The position numbers and the translations under genes were made by a program. A stretch of DNA of 64,000 nucleotides, taken from contig NC_043002.1 of NCBI RefSeq assembly GCF_006345805.1, positions 18,662,001 to 18,726,000 of the forward strand, read 5' to 3'. Each line of letters starts with the position of its first letter. Position 1 is the stretch's first letter. The notes under the pieces are model-generated. The model worked only from the letters and a program-made list of their open reading frames with translations. It had not been told where the DNA came from and made no database searches. Positions 27,059 to 40,700 of the stretch are shown one piece after another. The stretch is from Octopus sinensis (lineage: Eukaryota).

Positions 27059-27221
27059 AGGCGCAGGAGTGGCTGTGTGGTAAGTAGCTTGCTTACCAGC
27101 CACATGGTTGTGGGTTCAGTCCCACTGCGTGGCACCTTGGGAAAGTGTCTTCTACTATAGCACGGGACGACTAAAGCCTTGTGAGTGGATTTGGTAGATG
27201 AAAACTGAAAGAAGCCCATCG

Positions 27222-27252
<31 letters not shown>

Positions 27253-27840
27253 ATTTCAAGAGGACGATTGGGATCACGTGGATGAGAAAGGCGCGATCCA
27301 GAGAGGAGTGGACAGCGTGCTGTGACCAGCGGTGTCAAATGGACGCCTGACAGACTGGTCGGTCAAAGTGATCAAAGTGATATATATATATATATATTTA
27401 TAATTGAAAAATAGGATAAAATCTTTATAAGAATTTATCAAGTAGTTAGCGTGAAAACCTTATACGGGAAAAATTTATTAATTATTCCTTTTAAATATAT
27501 TTATTTATATTAAGGGCATTACTATACATAAATGCCTCACACTAAGAGGGACTTTTAAAGTCAAAACTACTATAATAAACACATTGTACTGCCCTTAAAA
27601 TATAAAATATATATATGTGTGTGTGTGTGTGTATGATTGTGTGTCTGTGTTTGTCCCCCCACCATTGCTTGACAATCGATGCTGGTGTGTTTACGTCCCC
27701 GTAACTTAGCAGTTCGGCAAAAACGAGACTGATAGAATAAGTACTAGGCTTACAAAGAATAAGTCCTGGGGTCGATTTGTTCGACTAAAAGGCGGTGCTC
27801 CAGCATGGCCACAGTCAAATGACAGAAACAAGTAAAATAA
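27059..27840 (+). mobile_element. SINE family A with two insertions in its internal (TA)n
   Basis: Head at 27059-27222 and tail at about 27615-27840. They are separated by an RTE end (27251-27381) and an AT-rich insert of about 210 bp. Confidence 0.85.
27260..27381 (+). mobile_element. RTE-like LINE extreme 3' end, second copy
   Basis: Near-identical to 6615-6736; reads TWMRKARSREEWTACCDQRCQMDA*. Confidence 0.65.
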
Positions 27841-28186
27841 TAAAAAATTAAATAAATAAAATAATGGAATCAATAGCACAAAGTATTTTGTGTTTGATTT
27901 ACTGATATATTGTCAATATTTTGTTGACGTCTATCATGAACTCTCTCGTCATTATATGATGTATGAGGGTTCTGTAATCTCTTGCTGAACAACCAAACAG
28001 TTGATTTGTTTATAGTGATCAAATGTATGTGTTCACATAAGCTCACTCCCTACATCAAATTGACATTACCTGTACAGGTGCACAATGGGCCACATGTCAG
28101 ATGACAAAATGATTATAGATAGATAGATACATAAATAGATGTGTGTGTATGTATGTATATATATATGTGTGTGTATGTGTATATAT

Positions 28187-28486
28187 ATCACCGTGATCAA
28201 CCAGGCTATCAGATGTTGCTACACATCGCTGGTCACAATGCGCTTCGCATTGTTTTAGCCTTCAAATGATACCACCCCACTGGCTAAGCGAGCAGGCCAA
28301 CAGAAGAAAGTGTGAGAGAAAGTTGTGGCAAAAGAGTACAGCAGTGATCGCCTCCACTGCCGGAGCCTCGAGGAGCTTTTAGGTGTTTTCGCTCAATAAA
28401 CATTCACAACGCCTGGTTTGGGAATCGAAACCGCGATCTTATGACCACGAGTCCGCTGCCCTAACCACTGGGCCATTGCACCACCA
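28187..28486 (-). mobile_element. tRNA-derived SINE family D
   Basis: Minus-strand head TGGCCCAGTGGTTAGGGCAGCGGACTCG..GGTTTCGATTCC. Second copy at 35415-35705. Both sit in microsatellites. Confidence 0.85.
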
Positions 28487-28560
28487 CACACACACACACA
28501 CACCACACACACACACACACCACACACACACACACCACACCACACACACACACACACACA

Positions 28561-28635
<75 letters not shown>

Positions 28636-29400
28636 ACCAATATATGCACACAAAACATATATATCTATCCATATCATTGTTTTTAACATCCAGTTTTCTA
28701 TGCTTGCATGAGTCGGGTGGATTTTATTGAGCCAGATTTTCTACGGCCTGATGCTTTTCCTGCTGTCAGCCTTCACTTGTTTCCTAGCAAGGTACAGTTC
28801 ATCTTGAGTTAAATATGTTTTCACAGAAGACTGTAAGTGACGAATACCACTTGTGTGATTGTGATGCTCTTTTACAACTGTCACACGGCGTCAAACAAGG
28901 TGGTGCAAAACAGACATGTACGCATAAACATATCTTGGTGAAGGAGAGAATTACAAAGCACTGAAGATCTGAGAAGGAATTGTTCGGAGAAAAACCACTT
29001 TTTAGTGTTGGATTTGGAGAATGAGAATGGGTTTTAGTAGGATTAACAAGATGAGGAGTGATGGGCACCCAAATCCAATTGATGTCCCAAAGATTACCCG
29101 TGTCACATAAAAAGCACCTGTGCTGGTATCACATAAAGGCGTCCATGCTGGGCCACATAAAAGCATGCAGCACACTCTGTTATGTTGGTTGGCATTAGGA
29201 AGGGCATCCAGCTGTAGAAACTAAGCCAAATTAGACTTGAATCAGATGCAGATCTCCAGCTTGTCAGCTCTGGTCAAACCATCCAACCCATGCCAGCATG
29301 AAAAACGGATGTTAAATGATGATGGTGGTGGTGGTGATGGCAGCAGCAACGGCGGTGGCAGTGGTGGTGGTCTGGTCCTCTGAACTAGGAAGTTGTATAC

Positions 29401-29634
29401 CTATTTCTTTACTACACACAAGGGGCTAAACATAGAGTGGACAAACAAGGACAGACAAACGGATTAATTCGAATATATTGACTCCAGTGCATAACTGGTA
29501 CATATTTAATTGACCCTGAAAGGATGAAAGGCAAAGTCGACCTCGGCGGAATTTGAACTCAGAACATAGCGGCAGACGAAATACCACTAAGCATTTCGCC
29601 CCGCATACTAACGATTCTGCCAGCTCGCCGCCTT
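29401..29634 (-). mobile_element. tRNA-derived SINE family C
   Basis: Head GGCGGCGAGCTGGCAGAA..GAGTTCAAATTCC with imperfect TSD CTAG(G/C)AA(G/A)TTGTATAC. Copies or fragments at about 14585-15660, 24205-24372, 37325-37540, 49140-49231, 50011-50430, 60210-60360. Confidence 0.85.
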
Positions 29635-30715
29635 TGAGCTAGCAAATTGTATACCACCAAATGAGTATTGCACAACTTGCTACAGTAGCAGTTAGAAGAA
29701 ACTATGTATATGTGGTCCAGTTGTTTATATTACGTTGATCTTTGCCTGATAAATAGATGGCCTTATTTTATGCTGACTGTGGATGTTTGTGTCTATAACC
29801 ACACAATCCCAGATATGTGAGCAATAGCCTTGGAAGTTGTCTCTGTTTAACTTTTACTGCTGATGCTACTGTATACCTTATCTGGGTATGAGGTTCCTAT
29901 ACAATTAAGCATGTACACACTGTTTGTTTAGCACTTATCTACACTTACACACACACACACACACATTTGCAAACTCATTCCTTCCCTCCCTCACAAGAAG
30001 GGAGACAGATGAATGAAGAGATATTCATTCATACAGGTCATCAAAAGGATTTTTTAAGTGGTACTTCTCAGCAGCATGGCTTATACTTATATATATATAT
30101 ATATATATATATATACTTACATATATATACATCCATATATATATATATATATATATACATCCATATATATATATATATATATATACATCCATATATATAT
30201 AAGGTGACTGAGAGAGAGTTTTATTGAAACTGAAAAACGTCATTAACTGTTACATAGAATTTCACTTAATCAATTTTCAAGCAGAACTGTATACACGCAC
30301 ACGCACATATGTATGTTTGTATGTACGTATGTGTGTACAAGACAAGGTGTAAATAATGGCCATTTCATATTCTTTTATTGTATTAAATTTTTGCTTACAG
30401 CTGTTTCCGGTAGTCGTTACAGATTTATTCATTGACTGTTTTGCTCTATCGGTCCATTGATCCGTTGAGAAAAATTGAATGACCAAACAAATTAATGCTA
30501 CCATCATCAGAGTCATGGTATTCTGGTCAAAAGCAAGCATGTATGTGTGTGTGTGTGTGTGTGTTTATCTGCGTGTATATATATATATATATATAAAAAT
30601 ACAAACTGGGACAAGTACGCAAAACATTTAGAAGACGATACAAAAAACACAGACGGGACATTCGAAGCCTTCAATCTTCAGTCAAGAACCGGATCATCCT
30701 TGCAATTTCGGCTGA

Positions 30716-30759
<44 letters not shown>

Positions 30760-31456
30760 TATGTTTTAATATGTATGTGTATATATCTCATCAGTGTTTG
30801 TAATATCTCCCATGAGACACAAACACACCCACACATATATAGACAAACTTCTGTGCAGTTTTTTTTCCTACCAAATGACGAAAGGCATTGGTTGACCCAG
30901 GACTTCAGTAGATGACACTTGTCCAAGGTGCTTTGCAGTGGGGTTGAACCCAAAACGGTGTTGTTAGGAAGCAAACATTTTAACCACACAAGCCACATAT
31001 TCATTTGTTTATGTCTATTTTCCCAACTTGGAATAGGTTAGATGAATGTTATTGAGGCATTGATTTACAGCTGGATGCCCTTCCTGTCACTAACCCCTAC
31101 CTGTTTTTCAAATTAGGGTTTTCTTATTCTACATGTCTTTGAAAATACAAAACAAGCAGAGGATTTGTTGACAGAAGTGACATCACCAACACTTCTCGTA
31201 GTGAGCGACCTTTGTACTGAACAAATGTAAACAAACACATACGTACACACACACATGCACACACACACACACACACACACAAACATACACATGTGACACC
31301 TTTCATTTTCTGTCTTTCCAATTTACTCATAAAACTGGTTGGCCTGGAGTTATAGTAGAAGACACCTACTCAAAGTGCCACTCGGTGGAGCTGAACTCCA
31401 CACTGAGTGGTTAGCAAGCAAACTTCTTAACCGCACAGCTATGTCTGTACCTGCTC

Positions 31457-31487
<31 letters not shown>

Positions 31488-32872
31488 TGCGTATACATGG
31501 CTGTGTGGTAAGAAATTTGCTTCCTAACAACACAATTCTGGGTTCAGTCACACTGTATGACATCTTCGCCAAGTGCCTTCTGCTATAGCTACAGACCAAC
31601 CAAAACCTTGAATGGATTTGTGAGACAGAAACTGAAAAAAGCCCATTGTGTATACTTTTATCTAATAAACTCTGTCTCCAGCTCTTGTCTATTATTGGCA
31701 TCAACCAGCCATAGAAACTATACCAAAAATGGAACATATAAACAACACATGGTCTTTCGACCATGACAACCCATGCCAGCATAAAAAGTGGACATAATTT
31801 TATGATGAACTATTATTAAATGTTTGAGATTGAGTCATTCACTTTTTTTTGTAGTTATTTTTTTTTAGGCACCATCTATCTAGGACTACTTTATCCAATG
31901 TATCTTTCCTTTCTTAGGAGAGATGTAAGTTAAAATTATTTTGCTTCTATTTTTAGAGGTAGTGCAACCAAATAGGCTCCCATTTGGTTTGTTGTGAATT
32001 CTTCATGGGTAATTACATCATGATAAATACATTTGCCAGTAATTATATCATCTGGTAATTATAACATAAGCTAATTACATTGCAATTCAATATCTTATTG
32101 GTGAATTAATTCATCAGATGTAGGCATGGCTGTGTGGTTAAGAAGCTTACTTTGCATCTACCTGGTTTCAGGTTCAGTCCCACTGCATGGCAAGCATCTT
32201 TTACTATAACCCTACTATTGACCAGTGCCTTGTGAGTGAATTGGGCAGAAGAAAACTATGAGGAAGCCTGTCATGTGTGTGTGTCTGTGTTGTGTTTGTT
32301 TGGCTCACTTCTTGATAACCAGTGTTGGTTTGTTTACATCCCAGTAACTTTGCAGTTTGACAAAAGAGGCCAATAGAGCAAGCACCAAATTTTAAAATAA
32401 GCACTGGATTGATTTGTTTGATCGAACCCTTCAGAATGATGCCCCAGCATGGCTGCAATAACTGAAACAAACGAAAGTTTGTACCTATCATCAAGTTTTT
32501 TTGTGCTCAACTTTATTTAATGTTTTTGTTCACAGAATAGATGCAGTAGTCACCATCATTTTAATGTCCATCTTCCATGCTGGCATAGGTTGGACAGTTC
32601 AACAAGATCCTCCAAGCTGGAGAACTATGTTGAGTTCCAATGTCTGCCTTGGCATGGTTTCTACAGTTGGATCCCTTCCTAATGCCAGCTGCTTTACAGG
32701 GTATATTGGGCGCAGTTTTTTGTGGCACTTTTTTTTTTTGTGAGGTCACCAAGTAATTCACAAGGCAAGACCCTTTGACTGAGTAAGGGTGCAGTATTAA
32801 GGAAGATGGTTTTGTGCCAGGCATTGAAAGGTATGATAGAGTGATAGAAGGATAGGCACAGGTAATTTTGTG

Positions 32873-33169
32873 GAGGCACATGGCCTAGTGGTTAGAGCAG
32901 CGGACTCGCGGTCGAGGGATCGCAGGTTCGAATCTCAGACCGGGCGATGTGTGTGTTTATGAGCGAAACACCTAAGCTCCACGCAGCTCCGGCAGAATGT
33001 AATGGCGAACTTCTGCTGACTCTTTCGCCACAACTTTCTCTCACTCTTTCTTCCTGCATCTTGCAGCTCAACTGCGACGGACCAGCGTCCCGTCCAGGTG
33101 GGGAACCTATACGCCAAGGAAACCGGGAAACTGGCCCTTATGAGCCAGACATGGCTCGAGAAGGAACAA
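32873..33169 (+). mobile_element. tRNA-derived SINE, chimeric (family-D-like 5' half, family-G-like tail)
   Basis: Well-preserved A/B boxes (TGGCCTAGTGG, GGTTCGAATCT) and TSD ACAG(G/A)TAATTTTGTG. Confidence 0.85.
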
Positions 33170-34130
33170 ACAGATAATTTTGTGTAGAAGAGATACATAG
33201 CTACTACTGCTGGAAAACGTGAGAAGACTGATTATGAGTTGTCGGGGCGTGCCTACAAAAAAAGCCAGATGGTCAGTATAAGAGAGTATCAAAATCATGA
33301 AATACAAGATTATTTAAGAGATGTTACTTTAGTCCAATTTAGAATTTAAAATAGGGTTTCCTTCTTACATTATAAACTTATTTCTATGGTGATTCTATTA
33401 TTAGAAGTAGAGGATGCTGAAAAAAAAAGTCTCCCACATTTTACAGGTTGACAGTTGAAATCAGGATGATAACTGGAGGATGGCGGAACAGTAAAATATT
33501 AGCTACATGAAGACATCTACCGGACTTCACTAGTATTAAACCAATGATCATGTATAATATGGGACGTCTTTCTACCACACCATTTACAAATATCTGTGTG
33601 TACATATATGTATATCTATCTCTCTGTCTATAATATACCTATCTCTATACATAATCTTTTTCTCTTTGAATTTCTTTTCCATTGTTAATGAAATGCAGTG
33701 TTTATTCCACAATTTATAATTTTAAATAAGATTTAACAATCTGTAATCTACAGAAAAAATAAAAAAGCTAAAAAACAAAACAAAACATGATGATGCATTT
33801 GTGGACATTGCATTGGGCATAATGAATTCACTGATAATAATTACTTTCTAATGGAATTATCAGATGATGTAATTACAGGAGATATATTTATATGGTTTAA
33901 TTATCAATAAGGAATTTACTGGATACCTTCCTCTTGAAGACTTGTGCCACTAATGTGTTTTACATAATTATTTTTTGTTAATTGACTAAAACTATTTCCA
34001 CCATGTGTGGTTAGTGAGTGTGTGGCTGATGGCAAGGTTTTGTTTGAATATCATTTCTATGAGATCAAGGCAACACTATAGAGGTTCTACTTCCTTCTCA
34101 ATCTTTTTTGTTATCTTTTAGATTTTAAAG

Positions 34131-35341
34131 TCGTCATCATCATCATCGTTCAACGTCCGTTTTCCATGCCAGCATGGGCTGGACGGTTCAACTGGGGTCT
34201 GGAAAGCCAGGAGGCTGCACCGGGTTCCAGTCTGATCTGGCAGTGTTTCTACAGCTGGATGCCCTTCCTTATGCCAACCACTCCGAGAGTGTAGTGGGTG
34301 CTTTTTACGTGTCACTTGCACAGGGGCCAGAGGAGGCTGGCAACGACCACGATCGGTTGGTATTTTTCACGTGCCACCGGCACGGAAGCCAGTGAAGGCG
34401 GCGCTGGCATTGGCCACATTCAGATGGTGCTTTTTAAACATGCCATCGGCATGGAAATCACAACTACAATTTCCATTTGATTTTGATGTACTTGACTCAA
34501 TAGATCTCTTACATGTCGCTCTACAATCCAAGGTACTTTTGAGTGGGTTGGGGCTGGTCATGCGACACTGGAGTAGGTTTCAGCTGTGAGCTCACTTTAT
34601 TTACTGGGTCTTCACAGTCCCTGCATATCTCCAGAGGTCTCAGTCTTTCGTCATTGCCTCTGTGAGGCCCAATGTTTGAAGGTTATGCTTCACCACCTCA
34701 GCTCATGTCTTCCTGGGTCTACCCCTATCCTGGATTCCTTCAACTGTTTGGGAGTGGCGCTTCTTCACACAGCTCTCCTCATCCATTCGTAGTACATGAC
34801 CATACCAGCACAAACGTCTCTCTTGCATGCCACATCCAATGCTTCTTATGTCCAGCATTTCTCCCAGGGTGCTTACACTCTGTCATGTGTGCACACTGAC
34901 ATTACACATCCAGCGGATCATGCTAGCTTCATTTCTTTCGAGCCTACACCTGTCCTCAGCAGTCACAGCCCATGTTTCACTGCCTTAAAGCATAGCAGTT
35001 CACACACATGCATCGTACAATCTACCTTTCACTCTGAGCGAGAGGCCCTTTGTCACCAGTAGGGGTAGATGCTTTCTGAACTCTGCCCAGGCTATTCTTA
35101 TTCTAGAGGTAACACTCTCTGAGCATCCACCCCCATTACAGATTTGGTCAACCTAGGTAGCGGAAACTATCAACTACTTCTAGTTTCTCCCCCTGGCATG
35201 TGATGGAATCTGTTTTCTGAGCATCTGTGATGTTTATTACCCCTGTGCATTTGCCGCACACGAAAGCTATCAGAGCTATCTTCCCGGTTAATCTCCCTTT
35301 GACGTTGCTGCACCTCTTATGTGTCCATAGCTTACACTGGG

Positions 35342-35348
<7 letters not shown>
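34131..35348 (-). mobile_element. 5'-truncated RTE-clade LINE (RT C-terminus, 3'UTR, (GAT)n tail)
   Basis: Minus strand reads CTQCKLWTHKRCS..FVCGKC..EKLEVVDSFRYLG..KGRLYDACV..GSETWAV..RRLCWYGHVLRM..GRPRKT, with stops and frameshifts. Its 3'UTR is family B. Confidence 0.9.
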
Positions 35349-35410
<62 letters not shown>

Positions 35411-35414
35411 ATAT

Positions 35415-35705
35415 ATCACCGTTACCGACCAGGCTATCAGATGTTGCTACACATCGCTGGTCACACTGTTTTAGCCTTCAAATGATGCCACCCCGCTGGC
35501 TAAGCGAGCAGGCCAACAGAAGAAAGAGTAAGAGAAAATTGTGGTGAAAGAGTACAGCAGAGATTGCCACCACCCTCTGCCGGAGCCTCATGGATCTTTA
35601 GGTGTTTTCGCTCAATAGACACTCACAACGCCCGGTCTGGGAATCAAAACTGCGATCCTACAGCCGTGCGTCCGCTGCCCTAACCACTGAGCCATTGTGC
35701 CTCCA
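35415..35705 (-). mobile_element. SINE family D, second copy
   Basis: Aligns with 28187-28486. Confidence 0.85.
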
Positions 35706-35711
35706 TATATA

Positions 35712-35751
<40 letters not shown>

Positions 35752-36371
35752 GGTGGGTGTGTTTAAGCGAAAGAGAGAGAAAGGAACTGAAAGGCAGATA
35801 GACTGACAGACAGACAGAGCACAAAGCAGGATGCAGGAAGGAAGGGCAACAAGAGGAAAGATTAGAGAAATTATAGAAGTATTCCAACTACACTTCTTCC
35901 TCTAAACTGTCATTATTGTGGTGTTTCTTATAACTTATTATTGCTTATAACCCAGACATTCCCTGCTATAACTTACAGCCTGGACATTATTCTAGCTGCA
36001 GCAGCACACAGTGATTTCTTAGAAGTTACTGAAATTGTAGTGATCTCCCCCCATTGGCAACTGATGAAGCGATATGTCCCAAGCTGTAAACTGTATGTAG
36101 AATATTAAAACCATTATGTACTGCCAAGCCAACAAGGGAATCTTTGGGCTGAAAATTAGTGTGATGGTTAAGGATTTGTAGAATAGAAAAGGTACAGACT
36201 CTTGAAATAACTTCTGTACATTACTGGTGCTTCTTTAAGCCCACACAACCTGCTAGAAATAGCAGTCAAATCTCCTTTCTCCAATCTTAAAAAGCAACAG
36301 ATGATTCAAGAAAATAATCCAGGACACAATATTTGTAACAAGGGGAAAAAAAGAAAAGAAAATGTTGCAAT

Positions 36372-36760
36372 AGGCATAGGAGTGGCTGTCTGGTAAGTGG
36401 CTTGCTTATGAACCACATGGTTCTGGGTTCAATCCCACTGCATGGCACCTTGGGCAAGTGTCTTCTACTATAGCCTCGGGCAGAGCAGACCAAAGCCTTG
36501 TGAATGGATTTGGTAGACGGAAACTGAAAGAAGCCCGTCGTATATATGTATGTTTGTGTGTCTGTGTTTGTCCCCCCCCCCAACATCGCTTGACAACCGA
36601 TGCTGGTGTGTTTACATCCCCGTAACTTAGCGGTTTGACAAAAGAGACTGATAGAATAAGTACTAGGCTTACAAAGAATAAGTCCTGGGTTGATTTACTC
36701 GACTAAAGGTGGTGCTCCAGCATGGCCACAGTCAAATGACTGAAACAAGTAAAAGAGTAA
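36372..36760 (+). mobile_element. SINE family A
   Basis: Full-length match to 17606-18002. Confidence 0.9.
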
Positions 36761-36800
36761 GGGTTTCAGCTTTAATACCTTTCTTTGTAAGTTTGCTTAA

Positions 36801-37013
36801 CCCAATCCTTCCAGGCTGCACCTAATTCTTAGATACAAACATCATGTTTTTCAAGTATCTAAACAAAAATGCTTCCGTTAAAATTTCATAGTAACTTATG
36901 TTCCAGACACCAGATTAGTAACAACAAAGTTATTTTACTAAAATTCTTTGATACTTTCAAAATTATCTGCAGTGAAGGCAATGTATTTCAAGAGAAATGT
37001 GGAAACAGAAGGG
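36801..37013. mobile_element. piggyBac-type MITE (decayed)
   Basis: TTAA|CCC...GGG|TTAA boundaries. A related internal fragment lies at about 54430-54570. Confidence 0.55.
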
Positions 37014-37037
37014 TTAAGCATGGCTAACCTGGAGTGA

Positions 37038-37076
<39 letters not shown>

Positions 37077-37094
37077 AATAAAATAATAATAATA

Positions 37095-37125
<31 letters not shown>

Positions 37126-37706
37126 TCATCATCATCATCATCATCGTTTAACGTCCACTTTCCATGCTAGCATGGGTTGGACAGTTCAACTGGGGTCTGG
37201 GAAGCCCGAAGGCTACACCAGACCAGTCAGATCTGCCAGTGTTTCTACAGCTGGATGCCCTTCCTAACGCCAAATAATAATAATAAATAATAATAATATA
37301 ATAATAATAATAATAATGGCAACTAAGGCAGTGAACTGGCAAAATTGTTACCATGCTGAGAAAATTTTCTAGCAGTATTTCTTCTGACTTTATGTTCAGA
37401 GTTCAAATGCTGCTGGGGTCAACTTTGCTTTCCATCCTTTTGGGGTTGATAAAATAAGTACCAGTTAAACGTTGGGGATTGATGTTATTGACTTGTCCCC
37501 CACCCCTCAAACTGCTAGCCTTGTGCTAAAATTTAAAATTAGTTAATAGTGGCAACTAACACTTATTTCAGAAACTTCACAAGAATGAAGGGGAAAGTCA
37601 TGAGTACAGAGAGGTTAGACCACGCCTGGTCAACTCGAATTACATTGCAGGCCACTTTAATCACAGAAAGTGTTTTGAGGGCCACTTGTATACTTTATGC
37701 ACTTAT

Positions 37707-38343
37707 AGGCGTAGGAGTGGCTGTGTGGTAAGTAGCTTGCTTACCAACCACATGGTTCCGGGTTCAGTCCCACTGTGTGGCACCTTGGGCAAGTGTCTAC
37801 TGTAGCCTCAGGTCAATCAAAGCCTTGTGAGTGGATTTGGTAGACGGAAACTGAAAGAAGCCTGTCATATATATGTATGTATATATATATATATGTACGT
37901 GTGTGTATATGTTTGTGTGTCTGTGTTTGTCCCCCCAACATCGCTTGATAACCGATGCTGGTGTGTTTACGTCCCCGTAACTTAGCAGTTCCGGGTTCAG
38001 TCCCTCTGCAGCAAGTGTCTTCTACTATAGTCTCGGGCTGACCAACTGGTAGATGAAAACTGAAAGAAGCCCGTCATATATTTGTATATGTATATATATA
38101 TATATATATGTGTGTTTGTGTGCCTGTGTTTGTCTCCCCCCCAACATAGCTTGACAACCGGTGCTGGTGTGTTTACGTCCCCATAACTTAGCGGTTCAGC
38201 AAAAGAGACCGATAGAATAAGTACTAGGCTTACAAAGAATAAGTCCTGGGTTCGATTTGCTCGACTAAAGGCGGTGCTCCAGCATGGCTACAGTCAAAAT
38301 GACTGAAACAAGTGAAAGAGTAAAAAGAGAAAGAGAGTAAGAG
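37707..38343 (+). mobile_element. SINE family A with internal partial tandem duplication
   Basis: The segment from TTCCGGGTTCAGTCCC to GTAACTTAGC occurs twice before a single tail. Confidence 0.8.
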
Positions 38344-38640
38344 TCAAATAAATCAAATCACAGAATCCAGAAGACTTTTTCATGATTTTCGCTTGTTTAA
38401 AATTATAAAATTGTAGACTCTTGCTTTATTGCCACTTATAAATTTAAAATTTATTTCAAAACAAATGTTTTACACAAACAATTTTATTTTGAAATTAAAC
38501 ACAATACTTCAAGAAAGTATTAGAAAGATAAAAGTCTGCAGGCCAAAGGTTGGCCAACCCTTGGACAGACTGTATATTGTTAGTGTCTCCAATCTGGTAT
38601 CTTTTTGTCTGTGGTAGTAAGATGTCTGGTTATATACTCA

Positions 38641-39049
38641 AAGGAGTGGCTGTGGGGTAAGTAGCTTGCTTACCAACCACATGGTTCCGGGTTCAGTCCC
38701 ACTGCGTGGCATCTTGGGCAAGTGTCTTCTGCTATAGCCTCGGGCCGACCAATGCCTTGTGAGTGGATTTGGTAGACGGAAACTGAAAGAAGCCTGTCGT
38801 ATATATGTATATATATATATATGTATGTGTGTGTATGTTTGTGTGTCTGTGTTTGTCCCCCTAGCATTGCTTGACAACCGATGCTGGTGTGTTTACGTCC
38901 CCATCACTTAGCGGTTCGGCAAAGAGACCGATAGAATAAGTACTGGGCTTACAAAGAATAAGTCCTGGGGTCGAGTTGCTCGATTAAAGGCAGTGCTCCA
39001 GCATGGCCGCAGTCAAATGACTGAAACAAGTAAAAGAATAAAGAGTAAG
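38641..39049 (+). mobile_element. SINE family A
   Basis: Full-length match. Further copies at about 40708-41080(+), 44078-44406(+), 47067-47484(+), 54566-54916(-), 62488-62866(+). Confidence 0.9.
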
Positions 39050-39796
39050 ATAGATGCGAATGTGTTCCTCTGCATGTGTGTGTGTATGTGTATATCAGTA
39101 ACACAGAGCTACACACTCTTAAATCAATTATCAATGAAACAGGATACTATGTGGGTGGTATGTAGGCAAGAGAAAAAAAAAATCTGTGTGACTATATATG
39201 GAGATATATCTCGGGTAAGTCATACAACACAACAGGGTGACATGTAATGAAGGAAGTTTCTTCTGCTCTCGCATGTATATCTTTGCAAATAATAAGGAAA
39301 GGCTGACTATGAAAGTTGTAGTGCCTGCCATAACCAGCAACCGCCTTGTGAGAACTAGCTTGTAGGTCTGTGAATGGCATGAAAATGTTGTAAAGATGTG
39401 TTTGCACTTGTATATGTGTACTTTACTCACACACACACACACAAATAAATATATATATACACACATATACATATATATATATATACACATACACACATTT
39501 ACTTATATATGCATATACAAAACACACACACATACATATGTGTGTGTATTAGTCAAATCGTCCAATCCATGCTAGCATGGAAAGTAGATGTTAAACGATG
39601 ATGATGATGATGAAGATACACACACACACATACACACACATTTACTTATATCTGCATATACAATACACACATACAAAGGTATATAAATACACACATATAT
39701 ATATATGCATACATAAATATGTGTGCGTAGATAGATATACATATATGCACACACACACACACACACACACAAACATTCATATACACATTCACATAC

Positions 39797-40340
39797 ATCA
39801 TCATCATCATCATCATCATTTAGCGTCCGTTTTCCATGCTAGCATGGGTTGGACGGTTCTACTGGGGTCTGTGAAGCCAGAAGGCTTCATCAGGCCCAGT
39901 CAAATCTGGCAGTGTTTCTACGGCTGGATGCCCTTCCTAACGCCAACCACTCCGTGAGTGTAGTGGGTGCTTTTTACGTGCCACCCGCACTGGTGCCAGA
40001 CAGAGCTGGCAAACGGCCACGAACGGATGGTGCTTTTTATGTGCCACGGCACGAGGGCCAGGCGAGGCTGGCAACGGACACGAAACGGGGCGGTGCTGGC
40101 AACGGTCGCGAAACGGAAAGTTCTCTTACATGCCACCGGCACTGGTAACACATCTGCAATTTCCATTGATCGATTTCCATTGATCGATTTCGATTCTGAT
40201 CCTCACTTGCCTCAATGGGTCTTCACAAGCAGAGTTTCGACATGCCACCGGCACTGGTAGCACATCCGCAATTTCCATTGATCGATTTCGATTCTGATCC
40301 TCACTTGCCTCAACACGTCTTCACAAGTAGACGTCTTCAC
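39797..40340 (-). mobile_element. RTE 3'UTR (family B) with internal duplications
   Basis: (CAT)n start on +. A block of about 100 bp (ACATGCCACCGGCACTGG..CTTCACAAG) is present twice. Confidence 0.8.
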
Positions 40341-40667
40341 AACACATATATAATCATGGCATAGAAATATAAATATTTCATTTTCTTTCTTACATGTTTT
40401 TCCATGCTAGCATGGATTAGAGTTGGCCAGGCGTGGTCTAGCCTCTCTCTACTCATGACTTTTCCCTTCATTCTCGTGGAATTTCTGAAATAAGTGTTAG
40501 TTGCCCCTATTAACTGATTATAAATGTCCTTCTTGTTGCGAACCCTTATTTGTTGCTCAAGTCAGGGATGGTTGAAGGCATGAAGTGAACAAATGATTTA
40601 TTGACATTAGTGTCAAGAACACTGTTTATAACCAGCAACTTTTATTGCACACGAATGTATGTATCAT

Positions 40668-40700
<33 letters not shown>

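Noticed and set aside
33447-33510. Possible exon after TTTTACAG (LTVEIRMITGGWRNSKILAT*)
   Set aside because: Short pyrimidine tract, no good donor, no upstream coding exon to join, and the peptide is not recognised.
36055-36100. CTGATGAAGC..GCTGTAAAC hammerhead-like string
   Set aside because: GAAA is interrupted, helix II is only 3 bp and there is no helix I.
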